The notes under the pieces: generated by a model
The model's input: only the letters and a program-made list of their open reading frames with translations
Databases searched by the model: none
Told to the model about the DNA's origin: nothing
Part shown: piece by piece, positions 11,801-24,700 of the stretch
Layout: every line of letters starts with the position of its first letter
How positions within the stretch are numbered: the stretch's first letter is position 1
Origin: Tubiluchus corallicola
Lineage: Eukaryota > Animalia > Priapulida
Length of the DNA stretch: 64,000 nucleotides
Direction of reading: 5' to 3'
Assembly (NCBI GenBank): GCA_030141605.1
Contig: JAQGDQ010000023.1
Coordinates: 62,001 to 126,000, forward strand
Made by a program: the position numbers and the translations under genes

Positions 11801-14800
11801 TACAGTTCTGAGGTCTACGCCCAATGGTCTCGGATTTTTATTCTGTGAAAAGACCAGTGCCCAACCTTGAGTTACCTGTACTTATAATTAGTGCTTGTTC
11901 AATTTTAAAAAGTAATTTTGAAATGACCATCTCCATATACCATGAGGAAATTAGTGTAAAGAATTTAGGCGGGTCCAAAATCCAATTTTATTTGCACTCT
12001 CTGGTCTGTCCAGTCCAATAGAAAGGAAAGTTATAGCTGTCTTAAAAATGACAGCCAACACCCACTTAAGTAAAGACATGGCTTTATGCGTGAACATGAC
12101 ATGTAACCATGTCGAAACATTGAAGATGTTGTATCCGAATAAAAGCCATGTCTTCTCTTAATTGGCTGGCTGTCATTTTTATTTTTTCATTTTCCCCATT
12201 ACAAATATTGAAAATTGATTTTTTGGGAAAAAGTCTGCTTATGAAGTGCATGTAATAATTAGAAGTTACAAAAAAACTATCTAAGCTAAAGGCATCAAAT
12301 TCGATCTGTGTTGGATGGTCAATGTCTCATATTTTACAAATGACATTCAAACAATGATGACACTGCAATAATTTTTTGCAATTTCTGCAATTTTTTGTGT
12401 ATTGAACTGTGAGATGACTTAATAAAATGAGAGGGTACAAAGTAACCACACTCAGACTCTTGCGAGTAGTTTGAAAAAAAATGTCAAATGCTCATTTCAT
12501 TTAATATATTTACTGTGTGTGCAAAAAACTGCTGACTGAATGCTCTAATAACTCTGGATGCCTGGAAAATGAAAAGTGACACATGATGGTCAATTTAAAC
12601 TTCAAGGGCTCACGTTGAACTAAATAAGACAGAATGAATCCTTGAGCATGACCGTGTTCATCATTTGACTTTTCTGGTCTAGTGGGGTTGGCTCAAGGCA
12701 AAAACTGTAGAATATTGTGTTCATGTGTGCTTGACCAGTGTGCACTGTAGTTGTGAATAATTATTGCTTGAATAAGCTTAGCTAAGTGCAGTTAGTCATG
12801 ACCAAGTGAGAAGTTTGTCCCATTTTCCACATTTTGTCTCTATCTTGAGGCGCTTAAAGAATCTCAGTTTTTTTAACTACACCATTGTCTGAGCCCCTGT
12901 CATAGGTGCCTACCTCGCAGATTTCATGACTATACATGCTATAGTTTTCATGTTATTTAATGTTATACTCTGCGCCTAAAATTTGACGTGTAACATAAAT
13001 GATGAAAGAAAATCATCATGTAAATGCTCACGGATTAAAAGATGTAAGGAAATTTTTTTGTATAAATATATTTATTTAAAAACAGAATTATCAATAAAGC
13101 AACATGCAAGCTGCTAAACTCAAGATTCTTTTGTATAAGTATTAAAAAAATTAATACCGACTCGCACCCACTACAAAGACAATTGAACAAGATACACCTA
13201 CAATTATAAAAAACATCACCTACTTGTACAAATAAATATTATAAAAAATGAAATAACTGAAGTCAATTGGACAGATTATGTAAGAACAATAAGTAGCTTA
13301 AAAATAAACTACATAACTTGAACAAGATTGATAACAACGACATAGTTTAAGAGAAAGAAAATAAAGAAACGTTGAGATCTCATACAGCCTTGCTTCCAAC
13401 TGCCACACATCATGACAATATTACCTACCTCTTGAGTAAACAAATACATGTCCACAACCATAGACCAGTCATACATCATGTCAGGATGCTTCATAGTAAT
13501 CCATCCCAAAGAGAACACGGCTGACGGCAGCCGCTTCTGTGCAAACTGTAAGACTGTCCTGGCTTCATCGCGAGTTATGGGCAAGCCACCTGGGGGCAAA
13601 TGTCGACCGGGTAGGACATCACCGTTTATCCACAACTGCTGCTCAAACTGAAAAGATATGCCAGCAGATATAAAACAAGAAAATGACACAATTTTTCATT
13701 CATCATGTTTTATCTTTATAGAATTTTGCAGAATGTTCACGCTGCACACAATGATCACAAAGTGAGGTGAATAGTAAAGTAGTCACAGTGTGTAGTTTGT
13801 AACCGAAGTTAAGCAATGCTGAAACAAGTTAGTGAATGAATGGATGACTGACGAGATCAATGCGCACACTAACAGTTTCGTTCGCTATAATGCTAACGTT
13901 TACCTCGTTTACCTTAGCCAGTCTTGCATCTCATTTGAGACGAATGGCCATGAATACCCACTTTTACGTGACAAATGAGGATAAAGGTACCACGTGAAAT
14001 CATCAAAATTAGAGATACTTTGACCATCTACTTACGCTTTTAGAGTATTGTAAAACTGTTTTCATCGCAGCTTTAAATGCAGCAGCACTCTTGAAGTCTA
14101 GCTTTACCCCTGTAAACAAGATGACCATACAATTAAATATAGGTAGTACAATAATAGAATGAAATTTAGTGTGAGCTTTAACACAACTGTTTATATAATA
14201 ACGATTTTCAATTAATACATATATAATAATGTAATGATATAACATATCACAACATAGCATAGCATAGCACAGCACAACACAACACAACATAACATAATAT
14301 GTTGTGACAATAGACAATAATATTGTGAGGTACAGTAGGTGCCGCTTAACAGACTCACGTTAATAGATTCAATTGCTTAATTGACTCAAAAATGACTGGT
14401 GCGGCCGCTTCTATTCAAATGTACATAAAAACTGTCACTCAAATAACTCTGCATAATTGACCAACATGACTTTCGTGTGACCAACCTGGTTACCTAAGAA
14501 TTCCTGGAAGCTAAACATTTAATCACTTGCTTAGCAGTTCACTTTTGAAGCTCTGGCTGTCTTTGCCAGAAAGTTTAATCAGAAAGATGTTGCTGCTATG
14601 CCAGGGACGCCGGTACAGTACAGTAAGTACGTCACAATTATAGCAAGCGGGAGTTTAAGCGAAACTACAGACGAAGCTACTTGCGGGGAAACAAGGGCAC
14701 CACCAACAGTTTAAGCATGTCAATCACCAAGTGTCTTACGCTAATTTGTGCATCATATAACAACAGATTTTCAACATTTTTATCATTATGAGAACTTTGT

Positions 14801-17800
14801 GAACCAACTTGTTCTTGATAAACAGACTTGTGTGGTTTAGAAAAGTATACTTTTTAATTTATTGCTTATTGACTTATATAAATTAATATTTTAAAATATT
14901 ATTTCTAATTTTTAACTGCACAAAGGAATTTAGGTATTACTTCGTTTCTAAAATTCATTAAAAACCTTTGCAGTGCATACTAAGCTGATGACTCATACTT
15001 CTATACCTGTAATACTACAATCATCGGTTAATAGATTCAGTCGGTTTATTGGGTCAAAACACGTCATTGAAGTACAGTGTGTATGAACAATTTAATGCAA
15101 GGCAAATCTAATTTATTAGAACTTAATGCTACACACTATGTTACTGTATTTATTTCATAAGAATAAACCTTATAATTGTATAATTGTGTTTTGCTCAGCC
15201 CAGTACTCAGTACTTTACAAAGCAAGGATGTTACCGAAACTGAAATTACAAACTGAAATCGAAATTTTCACTTCGGTATCCCTGCTACAAAGCTTTTCAC
15301 ATTAAGCCAATACTTACCTTTGCCAGACTTTTGTGTTTGCTGTAGAAACGTTACAAGTGACAGATCACTAGTCATCGCGGGCGGATGAGCCATTATTGCT
15401 TCACCTTTGACATTAACGCTGACGTCAGCTTCTAACATAGTGGCATCACCTGACGGAAAATATTGCACGAAACTATGAACTCAAATTTCGTATTTTTCAG
15501 AAAACATACGTGTGATGATGCTGATAAACCAGTTACAAAAAGAGCTATCAAAAACTAACATTTTGACTTGTTATGTCTGAGTTGTGACAAGTTTGACTAT
15601 AATAATGCTGAGATGTCTATTATTCTACCATAACTGTGTTAGTTAATTAACATCATAGCGTAATGCTGGAATCACCCCTAAAAGCATCTCACAAAAAGAT
15701 GTATACAAATTCAACAGACTCTAGTTAAGTAGGAACCTAAGACTAATCTCAAGCAACAACAACAACAACAACAGAATCACAGCAGAACAGTTTATTTAGT
15801 ACATTTCCAAATAAGATAAAAACTGTTTACAAATATTTGTTTTATCTGGTAAGCCACTTGAAATGTACCATGTTTGGCTCTGCTGCCTATACAATGTTGA
15901 AAAATAAGTTAAATTTCTTGTAATTAACAGTTAAACTAAGAAATTGGAAGGCTATGAAAAGTTGCAAGTCATCCAGGATTCGAAAAACCAGAACCTCATG
16001 GTTTCAAGGTACACATTTTAGCCAACAGAGCTATAACCCACAATTCTCATAGCAGTCAGTGTACAATGAGACAGAGTCACTCATCCATGCAAACCTACAG
16101 AATATATCAAGCTAATAAAATGCTCTAATTACTCTAATTACACACCAGTCTTACCTTCTAAGGCTTCATTAAGTTTCTGTACACTGTTCACTGCGTGTAC
16201 CCATTTTACCATGCTGGCATCCAAGCTTCTCTTTTTAAAATGGTTTCTTTTCCAAATAACTGTACATAAGAAAACATGATACTTAAATTCTATTAACAGA
16301 ACAATCTGACCTACATTTTTTGCTACAAAACACACACCTATTCAGTTGTTTTTGGCAACATTGTTGGCTATGACCAACCTGCCAGCTAAGCTGATTTTGA
16401 TGCCTTGTGTAGGGCTAACAGTGACCAGTTTAGAATACTAATTAAAAGAGCTTTAATTAGCAACTGTGCTTTTAATGAAAATGTTGTAAATCAGTTTGTT
16501 TCAATATTCTTTCAATTTAAACCAGTAATTTCTTAATCTAAAGTAGCAATGGGGAATCGAAACTTTTTTATGAGAATAAAAGACTTCGCTTAAAATTTAT
16601 TTACTGACTCACTCACTCACTTACTTAAATACTTACTTTACTTACTTGCTTTAGCATTATGGAGCATAAACCTGCTTTGAACAATCAGAAAAGTTCTAAC
16701 CCTTTAACTCTCTTCAATTAACCCTCGCAAGCACACTCTGGGGCCTAGCAGATCCCAAGCAGACTAAGTCATAAATACTTCTTAACACCAATTACTGTAT
16801 TGTACTTGTATCTCTCAATACCCTCCTGATTATGTCTTCAATATGAAGCATCAAAATCTCAGACTCACATCTTTCATTGTTACTTCTCAACATGAGACTG
16901 AAATCTCATTCTTACTGCAAAGGCAACCTGGCCCATGGGTTCCATCAAACACCTGCACTGTTTTTGCCTGAATTGCTCATTTTCCCACAATTTGCATAAT
17001 AAATCATAATCATTAGACTGATAAAATCATGACTGAACCAGCTGCACAATGCAACTAAAGTAGCATTAATCAGACATCCGGAATGCATATGCGTTATGTG
17101 GAACAGATAAATCAATTTTTTTCCTGTTTTTAATGCACCCGTTTATCACACCTGTATTATGCGTTATTTTTTCTGCAGCTATTTCCAATTGATTTTTTAC
17201 AAGCAGCGATTCCGCAGGTGGACAACGCATAACGTATTCCAGATATCTTGTAAATGCCACTTTAAGCAGTATTGCATAGTGCATTCACTTTATCTTCATT
17301 TGAAGCTGTGCGCTCACATGGAAGTACCTAAATTTTTTGCCGTCAAAGAAGAAGAAACTTCAACAGGTGATTAGCTAATACCCAAGCACTTAACGCTTAA
17401 TTAGAGTTCATTAGATTTTTGGAGTTTGGCACACTGCTTGCTGATGTCTTTCATTTAATGCATAAATTCCCTATCATATTTTGCATCGTAGCTCCACTCG
17501 CATGCATTTTACTGTATACAATATATCCTGAAGCTCTAGTTTCTCCAGCATAATGGTTATGAGAGTTCAAGTATAATCATTACTTTCTGGTTTTACTAAC
17601 TACACAATATGAAAACTTACAACTAAAACTTGACAGACAGGTATTGGAATGTTTAAAAGTTTTGCTTTGATAATATGAATAAGTTTTATGCAATTGTTCT
17701 AAGTGGAGTACACAAATTTGATAAACTGAAGAAAAATTCAAAATAGGGAAGGCCAACAGAATTTTAAAGCTATTGTGTTTTTTATACAAAAATCAGTTCT

Positions 17801-18768
17801 CTGCATAGTGCACTAGAAGAATTACTCCTTGTTATACCTGATAATCAATCATTTAACCTTGAAATGTATCAGTGAAATGTGTATGCTCAAAAGGTATGTC
17901 ACACAGAATGTATAATGATAATTTGCAATAAAGCACTGCTGTTTCAAAAAATAAAACTTGCATGCCCAAAAAACCTTGTTTATCTTTATCATTCAGTAAT
18001 TATAAAAATTTTGGCAATACCTACTGTGCCGCTTATATAGAAAACTAACAAATAAGAAAAAAAATTACAATCTCAATATATGAAATTGAAAAAACAAGGG
18101 AACAAAGCCAGTTATGAGTTGACTTAGCGACTTAGTACTATAATGCAAGTTATGAGTTGCGTTAGTGACTTAGTACTATAATGCAAGTTACGAGTTGAGT
18201 TAGTGACTTAGTACTATAATGTAAATTATGAGTTGCGTAAGTGACTTAGTACTATAATGCAAGTTATGAGTTGCGTTAGTGACTTAGTACTATAATGCAA
18301 GTTATGAGTTGCGTTAGTGACTTAGTACTATAATGCAAGTTAAAAGTTCATTATGGAACGAATGAAAGTGGCTAAAATCTAGAAACTTTTGAGCCTCATC
18401 ATAATATATAATCAGCTATTATGAACTTTAGTGACACAACATTACTGTCATGCCTTGCAATTACTCTGTCAACATAGTGATAAAGATTCGATTAGTTGTA
18501 ATACATAAAACCTACATGAGCCTAATGCTAAGAAGAAAATTTGTCAAATTAAAAAAGTTACATAAGATACCTTTCCAGACTACTGGTTTTATAAACAAAA
18601 TAAGCTACACCATCTACACAGAAATGGCAAAACCTTGTTTCAGGTAAGCCTGAGTTATTTACCTTTCATGGCTATGTATTTTGAGAGCAAAGCCATGCCA
18701 CATAAGCCTAGCAAAGCCAATGCCTGGTTCCTTCTCAGCCATACTATCAATGCCTTGCTTGGAGTCAT
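5842..18768 (-). CDS. FAM151: FAM151/menorin-family protein, ~473 aa: N-terminal anchor, PLC-like phosphodiesterase-fold domain, extra C-terminal beta-rich domain
   Basis: Coding exons 18768-18663, 16259-16155, 15449-15318, 14109-14036, 13647-13429, 7316-7137, 6447-5842, all GT-AG and phase-consistent (1422 nt). Family motifs WVHAVNS, MLEADV, IMAHPP, GVKLDFKS, LWINGDVLPG, FSLGW, SFPV, VYYDL. Confidence 0.9.
7785..7850 (+). mobile_element. tRNA-derived SINE head (degenerate)
   Basis: A-box-like TGGTGTAATGG and B-box-like GGTTCAATTCC at tRNA spacing; no intact cloverleaf. Confidence 0.55.
8787..10775 (+). CDS. Intronless ankyrin-repeat protein (662 aa) with FEM1-like C-terminal BC box/cullin box and terminal CaaX motif, nested antisense in FAM151 intron 5
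   Basis: More than 10 ankyrin repeats (GKTALHISC, GNSPLYEAV, GRTALHLAC, GFTPLHWAC); SLTCMCARTI...LPEAIVRFVNLH resembles the FEM1 VHL-box; ends KKKQQCPWKCACTLI*. Long uninterrupted ORF, GC-richer than its flanks. Confidence 0.92.
   Translation: MEDDDEIEREVMKILQNAIEVGDISLLKNLLKNQTTSAVLDNGDSFLHLLLKCHLSGEVLTAHSPIIATKDGAKMLDTDEIIDFIEHFAESGNDIDGKDSDGKTALHISCGAGNVVVVNRLLDLKASINVYDNNGNSPLYEAVIQNHPDVVQQLLQRGVDPNQLQHKDKPTLHFAVASNSREIVKLLLERGANINELYEWKSSDLSAFCEPCKIHKTPLHEANTEEMLEMLLEWGAKPNALNEDGRTALHLACSSNETKLAKVLLENGANPNMQDKHGFTPLHWACSSAHLPTVQLLLETGADPKAAFPQHVLDTPAHIIAYRVNKGMLSDEVKILELLFAYGAEVNAQRTDGETLLTLAVANCKSHLLPTLLQHSADVNMKNNSGEASLHFTCRLAHYRMTEQLLLQDANPNTTDDKEQTPLHKTIDCAVTKLLLQHGANINAIAENNNTQLSLAISLVAKQKQPLIVVKQLLTTYAEVQRVNPAVSLNANIRNYITGKAPLDNIFWLLLHHTDYSQSERLIAYQIIYMLLYEFNAHADIVNNWEGESGHLLWKQIYHTYPEHSTLMNDIQRAMNRAYHFSLTCMCARTICNYEISYTDKLPEAIVRFVNLHCRPVKLPLYCTTGQDRSCTIGSNTAVYSVRSKQVKKKQQCPWKCACTLI
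12044..12180 (+). ncRNA. Type I hammerhead-ribozyme-like fold with variant core (G3/C8)
   Basis: Stem I ATGC(12086-89)/GTAT(12131-34) plus a distal 13-bp helix AAGACATGGCTTT/AAAGCCATGTCTT; core GTGAACA plus an extra T; stem II GACATG-TAAC-CATGTC; GAAA; stem III ACAT-TGAAG-ATGT; GUU triplet. Confidence 0.6.
16620..16970 (-). mobile_element. Very decayed 3' end of an RTE-like LINE
   Basis: Purine-rich minus strand ending in TTATGCTCC followed by an AAGT-type short-repeat tail; no intact frame. Confidence 0.3.
17059..17261. mobile_element. PIF/Harbinger-like MITE, copy 1
   Basis: Subterminal inverted repeats CATCCGGAATGC..GCGTTATG / CGCATAACGTATTCCAGAT; TAA and TTA flanks; reverse-complement relative at 34832-35044. 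Confidence 0.65.
18110..18341. repeat. 38-bp minisatellite, ~6 copies
   Basis: Unit AAGTTATGAGTTGCGTTAGTGACTTAGTACTATAATGC in tandem with no spacers, in FAM151 intron 1. Confidence 0.95.
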
Positions 18769-20240
18769 CAGTGGAGGAAAGTACCGTATAATTCTTTATG
18801 TGGCAAATATCACGAGGAGGCAGTACTGGATTACACTTTTTAATAATCCATTACTGCATGCATGTACTTGTGTAAATCTATGCCAAAGAAGTCTGTAAAA
18901 AATCAAATTCTACTAAGACGTTGATATCTTTAAGGCACTGTAACTAGATGGTGGTTGGAAAGACGTGAAAAAAATTTTAAAAAGTAGTGCAGAAACTATG
19001 GACGTAAGCAGTCGAGTTTTAATTTGAGTGCAGACATGAGAGATGGCATATTGATCATATTCATATTATATAATGAAATTGAAATAAACTATGACAGCAA
19101 AATACCCAGATTAAAAGCAATTTACAACTGATAATCGATTGAATTTAATTTTGCATTATTTCCAATAATTTAAGTTATATATGTATATATATATACAATT
19201 GACATAATTCCCAAATGAGCGCTATCTATCAGCGTCGAACACACTTTTAAACAAACATGTCCTTATGCATCGATAGTAGTATATTGTATGGTTTTGAGGT
19301 TAGTATAACAGTTATAACAAAGTCTGACATGGAAATTAAAGTTTAAGCACACAAGACCGACTTGTCAATGACTAAAATTTAATAGGTTTTGATTACGAAT
19401 GGGAAGTAAAATCCAAAAACTTAAATGACAAGATATAAGATATAGGCTAATCCAATAACTCATGTTCATTCGCTACCCATTTATCTATACATCCTGCTCA
19501 ACAGAAATTAATTACAGCTGTTTACATGTGGCTACAACTACCGTGGAATACTTTTCCTAGCCCCAATGAGGAAAATGAATGTTCAGAACTACCGAATCAT
19601 TTTAGGGTGCCACTTGGCCCTACATGCAGAATCTGCGAGATGGCGGAGAGGTTGAGGAAAGTCACACAAGTGTTTTTAACTTTCCAGAAATTTAAACTTT
19701 TTTACTTTTTCCTAAACCGTTGTGTCTATGCTGTGGTGTATAACAGTAGATAAAATTATCGCTTTCTGCAAATTCAAAAATAAAAATATTTTGGTAAAAT
19801 GTCACAAGCTTTGTTCGTTTTTGGGAGGATAACACCAACATTTAAAAAAATAATTTTTTTAAGTGTGAGGTAGATCGTTTACTTCTCTTTACATTGGTGT
19901 GCAGATAAAGAATGCATCTTTCTATTGGACTGGTTTTAACGATATTTTTAGATTGGGCAATCTGGGAACGTGTTAAAAAGGAACCACTTAAACTGCAATC
20001 TAGCAGATGAAAAATTAATACATTCTAATTAACGCAATCTAATTGACATACTTTAGCTAGCACCTGTAAATACCCCGCAAGCTGCTGTTCACATTTGCTC
20101 CATGGTGTCATATATTGCGGTGCCACATGCCACCTCACCTTGTACCCCTCGTCATGCACCATGGTGCCACGTAACAGAATTGTACTACCACGCTATGTAA
20201 TATGGCACAATGTAGCAGCAAGAGGTGGTACATGACAAGA

Positions 20241-20784
20241 TAGTGGTGCCTGCTCGTGTATAGGCACTGTGGACTTGCTGCCACCCCTATTTTCACTCGA
20301 TATTATGGTTAATATTCAATATAAGGAGTGTTTTTTCGTTAATTCTTTCTTTATACTTGTACATACTTGTAAATCTTGGTATGGAATCAGAGCAACATGG
20401 AGTTTGGCTGTTGTGCACATGTGGCCGTGTTCACATGTCTGAGATAAGACAGTGCACATTAGGTAGAGAGAGCACTGTCGCACACGCAGTGTCGATCAAA
20501 GAGAAAATTATTAATCTTTTCGCACAAAGTAAAGGTTTTCAAGAAGAATGGATTTTATATCTTAAATGAAAGGATCACTTTAAACTTAAATTAACTTAAT
20601 AAATTAATTAATTTAAATTACACTGAAACATTTTAGACTATTAGTAAGTAAAATATTTTTTGTTTAGCATCCTATCAAGTTTATGTATAAATTTTGTTTT
20701 TATACGTTTGTTACCAAGTATTAAAACAATGGCTAAAAATTTTCTGAAGCAGCACCCACTAGTTTTAGCTACAAGCTGCCACTG
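20241..20784. mobile_element. hAT-like MITE, copy 2
   Basis: Colinear with 848-1354 (shared GAGCACTGTCGC, AGTATTAAAACAATGGCTAAAAA and terminal CTGCCACTG); CAAGATA appears at both flanks. Confidence 0.75.
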
Positions 20785-21708
20785 CAAGATAATATATAGT
20801 GATGCGGATCACAGCACTGCGGTACGCGCAAAATGATACGGTACATGAAGATATCAAGCAAGAGCAAACATCTCACGTATTGCGATAAAATTAATTAATG
20901 AAGCCACTGAAATAGACCAATAAACTAGAACTTCAATCGTCGTTGTTTCGGTGCTGCAACGTTTTAAAAAACATGGCACGTTCCAACTGCTGATGCCGAG
21001 ACTGTCAAGTGCAGACATGGCAGTTTAGAAAGCGCTGAATATTGTTGAAAAAGTGTTCATGTAAACGGTTGCCGAAGTACTTTGAATATTTAGGTGATAA
21101 AATGATTGAGATAATGGTCATGCAATTACAAATGGTGGAAGAGTGATTAAAAATTTTTTTCTTGCGTGGAGTTACCTTGTGTCGTTGTGAACGACCGAAA
21201 ATCATAAAAAATACATTTAAATTGCAATTAGACTAATAACCTGTAAAACCGCTATTACTGTAGTACATGTGGCTTCTATCTATCTAAAATGGGTTTAACC
21301 TAATAGTGAACGGTTGCTCTAGTTTTGCTATATTCTGTACTACCTGTTGGCTTTTACAAGACATTATATGTAGACATCATTTTACCTATATTTCTGTGGA
21401 AACTTCTGTATCAATAAACGTTTAAAGTATATTCTACTGTTATACCTTTTGTCAACACGACACCTTGCACATTGTGTTTTTTCGCTATCAGCTACTAACA
21501 AATACGGGCCATCTATTTGAACTTAGTTTGCAGTGTTACCTGGGGTGGACCCGCCAGGGATGAAGATTGAGCATGCTTCTTAGCTAGTTTAGACTAAAAC
21601 TTGAAAAAGTAGTAAGTAGTGCGCGTAGGTAGTACCAAAATCCTTGCATTGTGGCGTCTTTTGCACATTGAAACCTTACCTGAATGAGTGTTTTTTTGAA
21701 AATTTGAA

Positions 21709-24700
21709 ATGAGCGGAGTTGACTTGGGTACTGTTAATAATGGCAATATGCCCGAAGTTAATTCTAATATAGCAGTGTTGGCAATAAGAACTTCTAGTGA
21801 ACAAACATCATCAAGAGGAGAAGCGAGTGTGAAAAGGGATGCAAACAGTGATTCCGAAGAAATAGAGGAGGATATGAGTCAAAGGGGAGAATTGAGTGGA
21901 CACGAGAGAGATGATATAATAGAGTTGGAAGGCGCTTTTCAGTGTGAGGAACAGAAGTGTAAAACATGGATTCATTATAAATGTAGTGGGCTACCTCCCT
22001 ATAGTATACTAGTTTTGGAGGGCACAGTCCGAAAATTTTCTTGTCCTAAATGCTCAGTTGAGAAGGTACCACTAGGAGAGTTGGCCAAAGGCAAAAAACG
22101 AAAAGAACGACTGGCAGAAATTAAAGCAATAGTAGGAGAAACACCAGTGACTAAGATGGCTAGTGAGATCCTAGTTTAACAGAGAAGGTTAAGGAATTAG
22201 CAGAACATAATATACAACAGGAAGAGGAAATTGCAGACCTTGCAAAAAAGTTAGCAATTTGCCGGTTTGAAGCAGATAATGCAGCGAAGAAAAATCTAAG
22301 ATGAAGGCTGAAATAAAGCAGCTTAAGCAAGATTTACGAGTCGAGAGAGAGGGTTGTGAACGGCTAAGTAGAAATAATGAGAAAATGGGTGAAGAGATGA
22401 AAATAACTGTAGCTCATAATAATGCCCTTAGAAAAGAGAAAGAAAACAAACAAAAGCAAAAAGAAACACTTGAAGAAGAAAATAACAAGGCTACGGTTAG
22501 AGGTGGGTGACATTCAGAAAAAGTGGCTGGAAGATAAGAAAGAAAAGCACAAGTGACAGAAATACGTGATTTGCAAAAAAACTGTCTTCTCCACCTGACA
22601 ATGACAATGACCAAATTAAGGAATTGGTCGAACTAAGAGAAACCATAAAACACTTAAATAAGTATGTAACATTGTTAAAAGAAAAAAGCAGTCTCTTGGT
22701 TTCTGTGAAAGATACAGAAGAGAATGTAGACAGAATGGTAGAAGTATCCAAAAGTGATAACGTCACAGAAAGAATACTGCTAATCAAAGAAAAAAGTTAG
22801 ATAGAAATCAAATATGCTGGAATTTTGAAAAATGGGGTAGCTGTAGATTTGAGTTCAGCTGTAGATACGTCCATGAAACTAGGAATGTTGGAAGTGGCGA
22901 TAACCAAACACTAGTAGAAAAAAGAGTACCTCCACTTTATTGGCAATATGAAGAGACAGGAACACGTACATGGGGATTAAGATGTAAATTCCGTCATGAA
23001 TATACAGATTTTGAGAACAAGTTGTATGCGGAAGGTAGATATGTACCTTCTTATGAAAGAAATAAGATGACTAATAGACAAAAGTATACGACATGGCATA
23101 ATAGCATGAGTGGAAATAGAATGGCTGCAGAAATAGGCATTTCAAGAGGAAATCCATATGGAAACTAGGGAGAGTTAACAGATTTGCATAGAAAAATGGA
23201 TTTCTTATTACAGAGGGTGAGATTAGTAGAAGATTACCAACAGAAAAGATTGCAGGGTTATGTAATGCAAGGTCAGGAAATGAACAACATTCAAAGCAGG
23301 GGAAACATAATAATTCCGAGCGAGAACTGGAGCCATTTGACATGCAACAAGCACAATCAAGTATGAATTCAAGCATTCCGGTCTCACAGACAGTTGCAGC
23401 TCAGGGTCCAATAGTCCCGACTCAGTAACAAAAAATAAGGAAATTATTACAAAAAACATGCAAAATATAAATAATAGTAAAAAAGTCAAAAACAATAAAA
23501 AAGAAAAACGACAAATAAACTTTGTGCTAGGATTTCATAATGTACAGGGTTTGATTAAACAAAATAAGCAAATAGAAATGGTTGAGTGGTTAATAGAAAA
23601 AAACATAGATATTATGTTTACAGTGGAAACCTGGTTAAGAGACGAGTGTTGAGTAACATACATCCCTACACTTGTAAATATATAAATCGAGAGGGTAACG
23701 CCAAAAAAGGAGAGGTATAGGAGTTTTTTCAAAGGAAAGCTCAAAAAAGGATATAGAGTATATAGAAATCGACAAAGCAGTAGAACGTGAAATTTGTTTC
23801 ATAGAATGGAATGAATGGCTCTTTAGAGTTGTCTATTTAGGTGTGAATAAAGAAGAAAACAAATTGGAGAATATAAAAATTATGAGTGAAATTGGAAGAT
23901 TATGTTTTGATTATAATAAAAAACATATTTTGATACTTGGTGACTTCAATGCACATATACAAGAATTTGCTGGTGAAGATAACGAAAATGGCAAATTATT
24001 AACAAATTTATGCGAAATGTATGGATTATTGCTATTAAATAGTGTGTGGCCAAAAATGGATGATTTCACTTGGACGAATGGACAATATAGTTCAACCATT
24101 GACTATGCATTAGTGAGTGATTCAGGTTTCCACTTTATAAAAAACTGTGAAGTGGTATGGGAGATTGGTGCGTGTTCTGATCATGCAGCTCTAGTAGTAA
24201 GCATCAAAACAAGGGGGTACATAAGCAGTAAATACAAAAAAACTCCAGAATGAAGGAATAAGAAGGAAATGGAAATTTAATAAAGATATAGATTGGGATC
24301 TGTTTCAAAATATGGTGGAAGAAAAGGCAGTGAAAGAGAAAAAAGGATTGTCTTCCATATTAGTAGAAGTAGCAGAGAAAGTAATAGGCAGGAGGACACC
24401 AAGGAAAGGAAAGAGGAGTAGAATAAATGCCCCTTGGTTCGATAAACAGATTAGATTAGCAATAAAACAAAGACGAGGTGCATTAAAAACTGGAGGAAAG
24501 CAAAGAAACAAAATAGAGTAGAGTATACAAGTTTTTGGTGGGAAAAATATACAGTTTGTAAGCAAAAAACTAAAATACTGGTTGCAGAGAAAAGAACTGC
24601 ATGGGCAACAAAATGGATGAAAGAAGTAGAGCAAGAAGATAGATATAAAAGAAAATTCTGGAGACACTTTAAAGACATAACAAAGAGGAAACAGGAATCT

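Noticed and set aside
18110-18341. 38-bp repeat as a CRISPR array
   Set aside because: Units are contiguous with no unique spacers, no cas genes, and the context is a eukaryotic intron.
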